The translations under genes were made by a program, and so were the position numbers. Shown piece after piece: positions 28,241 through 35,735 of a stretch of DNA of 59,603 bases. Origin of the DNA: an uncultured Clostridia bacterium (GTDB lineage: Bacteria > Bacillota > Clostridia > Oscillospirales > CAG-272); the NCBI GenBank assembly GCA_945949385.1, contig CAMFEL010000001.1, forward strand, positions 1 to 59,603, read 5' to 3'. The notes beneath the pieces were generated by a model. That model did not search any database, had not been told where the DNA came from, and saw only the letters and a program-made list of their open reading frames with translations. Each line of letters opens with the position of its first letter. Position 1 is the first letter of the stretch.

Positions 28241-29266
28241 TCATCCGTTCAGCATTTTATCCCTGAACCAACTGTCACGAAGCTCTTGAGCCGCTGCGGC
28301 AGCCGCACCGTCTCTTATTCTTTCGCAGCGCACCTCCGGAGGTATCACTCCCAGCTTCATACAGTATTCATCGAAAATTGCGCAAGTCACATCTCTCACG
28401 GCATCAAGGTGCTTCGGCTTGTCACCCGACAGCAATATCAGATCGCAGGGAACGCAAAGCACGGAAATGCACAGATATTCCGCCAAGGTTTCGCAGAACA
28501 GTTCCGGGTCGGCTGCAGTCATCGTCATATCGTTAAGACTCATGCTGCTGTTATTTCCGACAAAGAGTCCGGCGTTTGAAAACTGACTGTTTCCGGAAGT
28601 GCCGGCACCGTTATATACAGCTTTAATATCTCCCGTATTTATATAAACGCAGAACACATTCTTATCGGCAGCCAAAGCCTGAGCGCGGCGGGCATGATAA
28701 TCTCTGGTAATGCCCCAGACGGGGCGGCAGAGAAAGGCGCTGTCTCCTTCAAGCAGTCTGGGCGGAGCATTGGTTTCACCGATATCCTGTCCGGCAGCGG
28801 CGCTTATACTCTGATAAGTCGCGGCGGGTACAAGAACCGCAGTTCCGCAGCACCTGTCGATTCTGCGTCTTTCCTTTGCAAAAGCGGCGGCACGCCTTAC
28901 AAAACCGTTGAACTCATCGTCAACGAAAATGTTTCCTCTCAGCGCATACTGCATAACATCAATAGTCCTGAGAGAAAGATCGATCATATAAAAAGAGTAG
29001 CCTCGCTCTCCAATAATATAAATCGCCGTCCAAAGCTCCGGGGAAACGGTCACCGTACGGGAGCGACGCCCGTGACGGGGATCGGCGGACATACTTTGCT
29101 TCAGTATTTTCAAAGCCACAAGAGCGTCCACCGCCTTGCCGACTGTCATAACGCTTAGCCCGCACTTTTCCGCAATTTCGGCGCGAGTAAGATTTGAACC
29201 GGACACAGCGGATCTGAAAACCTCCAGCACCGAGTCCTGTTTCAGGTTGCTGAACTCCTGTTTCAT
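28241..29266 (-). CDS. ROK-like transcriptional regulator (N-terminal wHTH plus sugar-kinase-like fold)
   Basis: The N-terminal LTRAEIAEKCGLSVMTVGKAVDALVALKILKQ is a MarR/ROK-type HTH, and the remainder resembles an ASKHA/ROK domain. I did not see the ROK CxCGxxGC zinc motif. Confidence 0.5.
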   Translation of the reverse strand: MKQEFSNLKQDSVLEVFRSAVSGSNLTRAEIAEKCGLSVMTVGKAVDALVALKILKQSMSADPRHGRRSRTVTVSPELWTAIYIIGERGYSFYMIDLSLRTIDVMQYALRGNIFVDDEFNGFVRRAAAFAKERRRIDRCCGTAVLVPAATYQSISAAAGQDIGETNAPPRLLEGDSAFLCRPVWGITRDYHARRAQALAADKNVFCVYINTGDIKAVYNGAGTSGNSQFSNAGLFVGNNSSMSLNDMTMTAADPELFCETLAEYLCISVLCVPCDLILLSGDKPKHLDAVRDVTCAIFDEYCMKLGVIPPEVRCERIRDGAAAAAAQELRDSWFRDKMLNG

Positions 29267-29298
29267 AATGCGCCTCCGTTCTGCGGTATTTCACAATT

Positions 29299-29327
29299 AT
29301 CATACATCAGCGCAGGGAAATTGTCAA
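29299..29327 (-). promoter_or_regulatory. Candidate sigma-A promoter of the ROK-like regulator
   Basis: Minus strand TTGACA-17 nt-TATGAT, about 30 nt upstream of GGAGG-ATG. Confidence 0.45.
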
Positions 29328-29460
29328 GCAACTCATAATAATGTTCTAATAATTAAAATGATTTAGATTTTAAAAATCGGCGTTTATTACAAATTTCCGC
29401 CATCATTTTCAGTCAATGTCAAAAAATATTCATATTTTTGATTTTCACGTCCAAATCTTA

Positions 29461-29489
29461 TTGACAAAACAGTTAGACAAATGTATAAT
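29461..29489 (+). promoter_or_regulatory. Consensus sigma-A promoter of the blaI-like operon with an overlapping cop-box-like dyad
   Basis: TTGACA-17 nt-TATAAT. GACAAATGTA (29476-29485) matches TACAnnTGTA at 9 of 10 positions and overlaps the -10. Confidence 0.55.
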
Positions 29490-29563
29490 GATAATTACCG
29501 CAAGAAAAACGCGCATTTATATTATGCGTTTGCATAAAACAGAAGCATATCAGGAGAATCCAG

Positions 29564-29974
29564 ATGGCAAAAACAAAAGAAGCTGCGAAAGCGGCGGAGA
29601 TCAACTATACTAAAAAGCTGCCGGACGCAGAGTATGATGTCATGGCGGCTATTTGGGACGCCGAACCTCCCGTCAACACCGCATATCTTATGGAAGCGGT
29701 GGGGCGTGAGAAGGGCTGGAAAGCCCCCACGCTCATTTCTTTTCTTGTACGCCTTGAGGATCGCGGGTTTATAGTATCGGAAAAGAAGGGAAAAGAGAGA
29801 TACTATTCTCCCGAAGCAGATCGTTCAAAATATATGCAGGCTGTTACCACCGAGTTTGTTGACCACTATCACGGCGGCTCTTTTGTGCACCTTATGGATA
29901 CTCTGTTCTGTGACAAAAGCCTGTCCGAAAAGGATATTGACGAGCTTTTGGCATGGCTTAAAACAAAATACTGA
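29564..29974 (+). CDS. BlaI/MecI/CopY-family transcriptional repressor
   Basis: 136 aa. LPDAEYDVMAAIWDAEPPVNTAYLMEAV...KAPTLISFLVRLEDRGFIVSEKKGKERYYSP is the characteristic Penicillinase_R winged helix. Confidence 0.85.
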   Translation: MAKTKEAAKAAEINYTKKLPDAEYDVMAAIWDAEPPVNTAYLMEAVGREKGWKAPTLISFLVRLEDRGFIVSEKKGKERYYSPEADRSKYMQAVTTEFVDHYHGGSFVHLMDTLFCDKSLSEKDIDELLAWLKTKY

Positions 29975-29978
29975 TTAT

Positions 29979-30716
29979 ATGATCGACAACGGGCGGCTGC
30001 GCCGCATATCCGAAGAATGCGTATATTCCCACGGCAGATATAATATAGGTACATACAGAGAAAGAAGTCAGCACCTGGTGCTGAAAAAATATTTTGAAGA
30101 AAATGCCGAGCTTCACGAAGTTCCCGTGGGGGGATATATAGCGGATATAAAAAAAGGCAACGACATAACCGAAATACAGACCTCCGGCTTTGGCTCTTTG
30201 CGCCGTAAGCTGGAGGCTTTTTCGGCACTTGACTATTCTGTAACGGTTGTATATCCCTCTCCCGTCCGTCAGAGGATAGTTTGGGTAGATCCCGACACGG
30301 GAGAACGGACCCAGGGCAGGCTGATAAACCGCCCCAAGGCCGTATATAAGCTGCTTCCGGAGCTTTTGTATATTTCAGACTTTTTCGGCAATGAGAAAAT
30401 ATGCGTACGTGCCGTCCTTCTGTGCTCCGAAAGCGTGAGACTTCTTGACGGTTTCGGAGATGACAGAAAAAGCCACGCCACCAAGCTTGACACCGTACCT
30501 GTTGAGATCCTTGACATTACAGATATAAGAGACGCAGATGCTCTGCGCGCCCTTTTGCCGTTTAATAAAGGGCAAAATCTGAAAAGCGGGGATATATCAA
30601 AGCTTTTAAGCCTGAGCCGCCGAAATCTGTGGGCGGCGCTGAAGCTGCTTGTAAAGCTTGAGATACTTATACCGTCGGCAAAAGAAGGGAACAGTATCGT
30701 CTACACCGTGACATAA
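29979..30716 (+). CDS. PD-(D/E)xK-like nuclease-fold protein with a C-terminal wHTH-like region, hypothetical
   Basis: 245 aa. The ATG lies 5 nt after the blaI-like stop and has no SD sequence. It has a D56-X8-E65-X-Q67 block (GGYIADIKKGNDITEIQTS) preceded by HEV, and a C-terminal ISKLLSLSRRNLWAALKLLVKLEIL. Confidence 0.5.
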   Translation: MIDNGRLRRISEECVYSHGRYNIGTYRERSQHLVLKKYFEENAELHEVPVGGYIADIKKGNDITEIQTSGFGSLRRKLEAFSALDYSVTVVYPSPVRQRIVWVDPDTGERTQGRLINRPKAVYKLLPELLYISDFFGNEKICVRAVLLCSESVRLLDGFGDDRKSHATKLDTVPVEILDITDIRDADALRALLPFNKGQNLKSGDISKLLSLSRRNLWAALKLLVKLEILIPSAKEGNSIVYTVT

Positions 30717-30732
30717 TAATCACAAAAGTAAT

Positions 30733-30769
30733 AGGGTATGCCGTATAAAGTTAGGCATACCCTGTTTTT
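30733..30769. terminator. Terminator between the nuclease-like gene and dpaB
   Basis: Perfect 10-bp stem AGGGTATGCC/GGCATACCCT followed by GTTTTT. Confidence 0.65.
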
Positions 30770-30773
30770 GTGC

Positions 30774-31334
30774 TTATAAAAACAAAGGACGCAGCTGCAT
30801 GCCCGATAGCATTTTTTCGTATGCTTCACCGAGACATTCAAAATCGGCAACAAGGGAATGAGGCTTTTTAAGCGGCTCATCCTGGTGCATAGGTGCGAAA
30901 TATATATTTTTTCTGTTAAGCAGCGTACCGATATTTCCCAGATTTGCCGCCATCGCGTCATTGCTTGCAAGAGCAATAAGCAGCGGCCTGTTGCATCTCA
31001 GATGAGCCTTTGCGCTCATGGTAACCGCCGTGTCGGTGATACCGGACGCAAGCTTTGCAAGAGTGTTTCCTGTGCAGGGAGCTATAATAAGCGCGTCAAG
31101 CGGCTGCGCGGGACCGAATTTTTCAGCTTCCGTTATGGTGTGAACACAGCTTCGCGCACATATTTCCTCGATCTTTTCAACCGTCTCCGACGCTTTTCCG
31201 AAGCGCGTATCGGTAAAAAAAACATTTTCGCTGACAATGGGAATAATGTCCGCGCCGCTGTCCCGAAGCCTTTTCAAAGCCTCGATGGAGCGGCTGTGTG
31301 TGCAGTAGGAGCCTGTAATAGCGTATCCTATCAC
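30774..31334 (-). CDS. spoVFB: Dipicolinate synthase subunit B
   Basis: 186 aa flavoprotein-fold protein (MIGYAITGSYCTH...IAPCTGNTLAKLA). It overlaps the spoVFA stop by 4 nt. Confidence 0.9.
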   Translation of the reverse strand: MIGYAITGSYCTHSRSIEALKRLRDSGADIIPIVSENVFFTDTRFGKASETVEKIEEICARSCVHTITEAEKFGPAQPLDALIIAPCTGNTLAKLASGITDTAVTMSAKAHLRCNRPLLIALASNDAMAANLGNIGTLLNRKNIYFAPMHQDEPLKKPHSLVADFECLGEAYEKMLSGMQLRPLFL

Positions 31335-32218
31335 TTTGTATCGCCTCGCTCCCCGTTTTCGGCAAGCATTCCACCGACGGTTCTGTATATAATACGTCCG
31401 GCAGTTTCCGGAAAATATTTCCCCGGCAGCGACAGGGCGGTTATGAGCCTGTCACCCAGCATACTTCTTGCCTCATCCGTAAAGCCGCCCGGCGCGGACG
31501 CAAGATCCACAAATACAGTGTTTCCCGCGGCTGCCGCGCACTCATCGTGTACGATCTGGCAGGGAACAGTGTTAAAGCAAACACTGCATTCCTCCGGCGA
31601 GTCAAGCCATGCGGAAAGCTCAACGCTTTTCATACCGTCGCTTTCTGCCGCCGCACGGGCAGAAACACTTCTTGCAGCCACGGTCACACGGGCACCCAGA
31701 GCGTGCACACGCATTGACAAAGCTCTGCCTATGCGCCCGTAGCCCAAAACCGCGATCTTTGAATTCCACAGAGTTTTACTGAGTCGGTTCATTGCAATAC
31801 TTACAGCGGCTTCCGCAGTGGGAACGGCGTTCATAAGGCTGAATTCCTCACGCAGGGAATAGTCGCACACTTCGTGGTTGTATTCCGCCGCCACACGCTT
31901 TACAATGTCGGCAAATTTGCCGCCGAAAATTTTCGTATCAGGCTGAACAGCCTTAAAAATGTACTCACAGTCAACGCAGCCGCGCTCCTCTCCTGCGCAA
32001 ATCAGCTTTCCGCTGCTTGTAAAAGCAGGGATGGGAAGAATCAGCGCCTCTGCGCCGTCACAGTTCTGACGCAGTTCCCGTATACGCGTCACTCCGTCAC
32101 TATCCGCCGTCTCACCCCTCCAAACTCGGCAGTCAAAGCCGTCGGCGGCAAAAAAAGACGCGCAGTAGATCAGCCGCCTGTCACCTCCGCAAAAAATCAG
32201 CTTTCTTTTTTTGTCCAT
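31331..32218 (-). CDS. spoVFA: Dipicolinate synthase subunit A
   Basis: 295 aa with an NAD-binding block (IAVLGYGRIGRALSMRVHALGARV), directly upstream of spoVFB. Confidence 0.9.
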   Translation of the reverse strand: MDKKRKLIFCGGDRRLIYCASFFAADGFDCRVWRGETADSDGVTRIRELRQNCDGAEALILPIPAFTSSGKLICAGEERGCVDCEYIFKAVQPDTKIFGGKFADIVKRVAAEYNHEVCDYSLREEFSLMNAVPTAEAAVSIAMNRLSKTLWNSKIAVLGYGRIGRALSMRVHALGARVTVAARSVSARAAAESDGMKSVELSAWLDSPEECSVCFNTVPCQIVHDECAAAAGNTVFVDLASAPGGFTDEARSMLGDRLITALSLPGKYFPETAGRIIYRTVGGMLAENGERGDTK

Positions 32219-32415
32219 AAATTTACCGTGCCTTTCAATACCAAAGCCGTGCTGCGATCATTTCAGTACATTATATGAGAATACTTCTTCGGGTGATTGT
32301 TTGACGGAGAAAAAACGTCAAAGCTTACAATGTTATGCAAGCTGAAACAATTGCAATTCATACCTTTGGCAAACACTTCATATATTCTAACGAAGTAACG
32401 ATACCGGGGTATGAT

Positions 32416-32727
32416 ATGTCACGAATTTACAAAAGCACTTCAAAATACGGGAATGACGGCGACAATAAAGAAAGATGTGTAATACTCGGCGAATACATAA
32501 TAGAAACCAATTCAACGGTAAGAGAGACAGCCTCAAGATTCGGCATAAGCAAGTCAACTGTACATAAGGATGTAACGGAAAAGCTTATGCGCACAGACAG
32601 ACAGCTATACGGAAAAGTGAAAAAGGTGCTTTCAAAAAACAAAGCTGAACGGCATTTGCGCGGCGGCAGAGCTACCAAGCTTAAATATTCGGCGCTGAGA
32701 GAACAGTATCTGAAAGAGTCCAAATAA
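32416..32727 (+). CDS. spoIIID: Stage III sporulation transcription factor SpoIIID
   Basis: LGEYIIETNSTVRETASRFGISKSTVHKDVTEKL matches the SpoIIID HTH core. I chose the start at an internal ATG; the N-terminal extent is uncertain. Confidence 0.85.
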   Translation: MSRIYKSTSKYGNDGDNKERCVILGEYIIETNSTVRETASRFGISKSTVHKDVTEKLMRTDRQLYGKVKKVLSKNKAERHLRGGRATKLKYSALREQYLKESK

Positions 32728-32745
32728 AACACAAACTTGCGCAAA

Positions 32746-32775
32746 AAGCGGACGGGGAACCGTTCGCTTTTTGCT
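32746..32775 (+). terminator. Terminator after spoIIID
   Basis: AGCGGACGG-gga-ACCGTTCGCT followed by TTTTTGCTTT. Confidence 0.55.
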
Positions 32776-32783
32776 TTGAGCGC

Positions 32784-32812
32784 TTGACAGTAATGGCTGT
32801 TTTTGCTATACT
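32784..32812 (+). promoter_or_regulatory. Candidate sigma-A promoter about 200 nt upstream of coaX
   Basis: TTGACA-17 nt-TATACT. Confidence 0.5.
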
Positions 32813-32852
32813 TTACTTGTTGCAGGTTGTTGAGCAGTTGATTTTTTTCGCC

Positions 32853-32907
32853 CGCTCCCATAGGGTCAATTATACAAAATGCAAATTTTGTATAATTGAG
32901 GGAAGCG
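32853..32907 (+). promoter_or_regulatory. Long composite hairpin in the coaX leader
   Basis: The basal helix CGCTCCC/GGGAAGCG (one bulge) carries a perfect 15-bp AT-rich helix TCAATTATACAAAAT/ATTTTGTATAATTGA capped by the GNRA-type loop GCAA. Confidence 0.4.
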
Positions 32908-33020
32908 AAAACAGCTTATAGAAGCCGATTTGAGTTTCCTGTACTTTCTCGGGCACAGGAGCTTGTCCGTACCACATGAACGCCTGCTGCTGCAAATATC
33001 AAATATTCGGAGGTGCTTAT

Positions 33021-33821
33021 ATGCTGCTGGCTGCCGATATCGGCAATACAAGTATCAGGTTTGCTCTTTTTGACGGCGACTGCGAAAAGCTTATTTACCG
33101 TTTTTCCGTTTCCTCACGCACCGAGCGCACATCCTGCGAATATGTTTTACTTATCGAGAGCTTCCTGAATTCATTTTTTTCAAAAAGCACTTCGAATTAT
33201 TCCGCTGCAGAACTTAATTCTTCGGTGATTTCTTCCGTTGTACCGCATATTACGGAGACGGTGTCGGAAGCGCTGAAAATAATTTGCAAAAAGCCGCCGT
33301 TTATAATCGGCGCGGGCACCCGAACCGGTTTTCCCATACGTATTGATGTACAGTCACAGCTTGGCGCTGACATCGTATCAAATACTTGTGCCGCATTTCG
33401 AATGTTCAAGCCTCCGTTTGCCGTAGTTGACATGGGTACGGCAACTACGGTAGCCTGCGTCGATTCCGAAGGCGCTCTGGTTGGTACAGTTATAGCTCCG
33501 GGAGCCGATGTATCCCTTAAAGCCTTGCTTAACAGCGCCGCGCTTCTGACAGATGTGCCGCTTAGCTGTCCCGACAAACTTATCGGTAAAAATTCCTATG
33601 ACAGTATCCGCAGCGGCGCTTTTTACGGCACCGTTTACGCAATTGACGGATTTATAAGAAATATTCGGGAGATGCTGTGTAAAGACGACGAAAAGCTTTC
33701 GCTTATAGGCACCGGCGGCTCTTCGCACCTGTTGGAGCATTGCAGAAACAAATTTACCGTTATACCCGACCTTACTCTGATCGGAGCGGCAGCTCTCTTC
33801 AGTTCAAATTGCGCAAAATAA
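33021..33821 (+). CDS. coaX: Type III pantothenate kinase
   Basis: 266 aa from the ATG with GGAGGTG upstream. It has MLLAADIGNTSIRFALF and DMGTATT ASKHA motifs typical of CoaX. Confidence 0.9.
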   Translation: MLLAADIGNTSIRFALFDGDCEKLIYRFSVSSRTERTSCEYVLLIESFLNSFFSKSTSNYSAAELNSSVISSVVPHITETVSEALKIICKKPPFIIGAGTRTGFPIRIDVQSQLGADIVSNTCAAFRMFKPPFAVVDMGTATTVACVDSEGALVGTVIAPGADVSLKALLNSAALLTDVPLSCPDKLIGKNSYDSIRSGAFYGTVYAIDGFIRNIREMLCKDDEKLSLIGTGGSSHLLEHCRNKFTVIPDLTLIGAAALFSSNCAK

Positions 33822-33988
33822 TACTCAATTATACAAAATCCGCAAATGTTTTTGGATTTTTAAAATAAACAACTAAATATATAACACTTTAACGGTAATC
33901 CGGCTACGGCCTGATTATATAAATTTGCATACGCCTTACCGTCAAATGACGGACGGCAGTATTGAGGTTCAAGCCCTCGGAGGTGTTT

Positions 33989-34612
33989 ATGTCTTCAGTA
34001 AAAAAAGACACAAGAAAAAAAGTGAGCCTTATGGTTCAATTGGCTTTGCTCGCCGCACTTGAGGTTGTTCTTACTTTGGTTTATATACCAATCGGAACGA
34101 TCAATCTTAATTTCGGACTTGTTCCCATAGTAGTTGCGGCAGTACTTTTCGGCCCCGGCTACGGCGCTCTTATTGGCGGAGTCTCGGGAGTTGTGACAAT
34201 GATCCAGGTGCTGACCGGACAAAGCTATTTTTATGTGTTCCTTGTATCGCAGAATCCCGTCGCCGCTTCCCTTCTCTGCGTTGTAAAAACTGCCGCGGCG
34301 GGATTTTTGGCGGGACTTGTGTTCATTCTGTTTGAAAAATTTTCAAAGTTCAGGGTTGTCAATGTGCTTGCCGCCTCCGTCGTTTGTCCTGTTGTAAATA
34401 CCGGCATTTTCGCACTGGGAATGCTCACGATCTTCGGAAAAGCACTTATGGCAGATGAAGAGATCGGAACATGGACAACCGGCGGACTAATTGCGCTTGT
34501 ATTTGTAGTTCTCATCGGCATGAACTTCTTTGTAGAGCTTGCTCTCAACATAGTGGTTTGCCCTGCGATCAGCAAAGCTCTGTTTGCCGTAAAGCGTGCC
34601 CGTCGCGGCTGA
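33989..34612 (+). CDS. ECF-transporter S component (substrate-capture subunit); possibly pantothenate-specific given its position next to coaX
   Basis: 207 aa with about 6 TM helices and the S-component architecture; GGAGGTG RBS. The substrate assignment comes only from gene context. Confidence 0.65.
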   Translation: MSSVKKDTRKKVSLMVQLALLAALEVVLTLVYIPIGTINLNFGLVPIVVAAVLFGPGYGALIGGVSGVVTMIQVLTGQSYFYVFLVSQNPVAASLLCVVKTAAAGFLAGLVFILFEKFSKFRVVNVLAASVVCPVVNTGIFALGMLTIFGKALMADEEIGTWTTGGLIALVFVVLIGMNFFVELALNIVVCPAISKALFAVKRARRG

Positions 34613-34756
34613 TAATACAAATATTTTTAACACTTGCCGGTGTCAATACCGTAAACATATATTTTTGTCGCGCTGTTTTTTGTAAATACTTGCTTTTTCG
34701 GCGATTGTGTGATATTATAATTATATTAAACTCAATTATACATATCGGAGGTTCAT

Positions 34757-35203
34757 ATGGCAGCACCCAAGGTAAAAGTAAGAGTAATGCACTCTACAAA
34801 AAAGGCAAAGGTAAAGACATTTGCAACAGCAATCGCCGAGGCTTTCAAATGCATCGTAAACGATGTTCCCCCGGCTTATCCCTGCGACAAAGAGAGAGTG
34901 GTGTTCATCGGTATGACCATCAAGGACACCCCCAACGATCAGCTCCGTCTGTTCTGCCGCGAGCTTACTCCCCAGAGAGCGCAGAATGTGGCTCTGTTCG
35001 TAGACGGCCCCAAGAAAGAAGACAATAAGGGCCTTAGAACCATTATCGAAGTTCTTAAGGAAGCAGGAACAAATGTGCTTGAGGACGATATTTACTATGT
35101 AAACGGCGGCCCCGCTGTTTTCGGCGGCAAGAAGATCAGCCTTGAGGAGCGCACCGAAATCGTTCGCTGGGCTCAGGCTGTTGTGGACAAAGTTTCCGCA
35201 TAA
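34757..35203 (+). CDS. Hypothetical 148-aa protein with a flavodoxin-like alpha/beta pattern
   Basis: Strong RBS (GGAGG, 5 nt spacer) and a clean terminator downstream. I recognise no diagnostic motif. Confidence 0.5.
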   Translation: MAAPKVKVRVMHSTKKAKVKTFATAIAEAFKCIVNDVPPAYPCDKERVVFIGMTIKDTPNDQLRLFCRELTPQRAQNVALFVDGPKKEDNKGLRTIIEVLKEAGTNVLEDDIYYVNGGPAVFGGKKISLEERTEIVRWAQAVVDKVSA

Positions 35204-35217
35204 CATACAGTATTTTC

Positions 35218-35243
35218 AAAAGCCCGACATTGTCGGGCTTTTT
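35218..35243 (+). terminator. Rho-independent terminator
   Basis: AGCCCGAC-att-GTCGGGCT followed by TTTTT. Confidence 0.7.
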
Positions 35244-35301
35244 CCTATCTTTCGTTATCTTTGGGCAAAAAACAGTTTTTTCAAAAAGTTCAATAAAACT
35301 A

Positions 35302-35330
35302 TTGACATATACTCCGACGGATGCTATACT
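35302..35330 (+). promoter_or_regulatory. Candidate sigma-A promoter of ylxM-ffh-rpsP-ylqC
   Basis: TTGACA-17 nt-TATACT, 36 nt upstream of the ylxM ATG. Confidence 0.5.
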
Positions 35331-35365
35331 ATGTAAAGTGATTTGCTTTACAGGAAGGTGAGGGT

Positions 35366-35719
35366 ATGTTCACAAAGGATATGCACATATCCCTGCTTCT
35401 TGATTTTTACGGCGATATTTTGCCGCAGCGCCGATACGAAATGACCAGCCTGTATTATAATGACGATCTGTCACTTGCCGAAATAGCGGAGATATGCGGC
35501 ATCTCCCGCCAAGGTGTCAGGGACGCTGTCAAAAAAAGCGAGAGTGAGCTTCGGGAGCTTGAAGAAAAGCTGGGACTTTGTGCAAGATTCACGGTTCTCA
35601 AATCACAGCTTAAAGAAATTTCCGGGGAAATACGCGCACTGCAAAGCGATGAAATGTCCCCTACACTTCGCGAGCGGCTGAAAGCTGTTGCCGACAGCCT
35701 CGAAACCTTAAACATATAA
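35366..35719 (+). CDS. ylxM: YlxM/UPF0122 putative DNA-binding protein (SRP-operon associated)
   Basis: 117 aa with LLDFYGDILPQRRYEMTSLYYNDDLSLAEIAEICGISRQGVRDAVKK, immediately upstream of ffh. Confidence 0.85.
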   Translation: MFTKDMHISLLLDFYGDILPQRRYEMTSLYYNDDLSLAEIAEICGISRQGVRDAVKKSESELRELEEKLGLCARFTVLKSQLKEISGEIRALQSDEMSPTLRERLKAVADSLETLNI

Positions 35720-35735
35720 ACTAACGGAGGATGCC

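Noticed and set aside
29416-29613. 65-aa ORF in the blaI-like upstream region
   Set aside because: It overlaps the consensus promoter and the start of the blaI-like gene in another frame. Its AT-rich composition is non-coding in character and it has no RBS.
32219-32415. Assignment of sporulation-sigma promoters, e.g. the minus-strand CATATAAT at 32270-32277 as a sigma-K -10 for spoVFA, or CATATATT upstream of spoIIID as sigma-E
   Set aside because: These are only partial matches to short degenerate consensus sequences, with imperfect spacing to the -35 elements. That is not enough to call them from sequence alone.
32885-32898. Reading TTGTATAAT boxes as extended -10 (TGnTATAAT) promoters
   Set aside because: The TG is at -14/-13, directly abutting the hexamer, rather than at -15/-14. 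The extended -10 definition is therefore not met, so I report them only as TATAAT-containing repeats.
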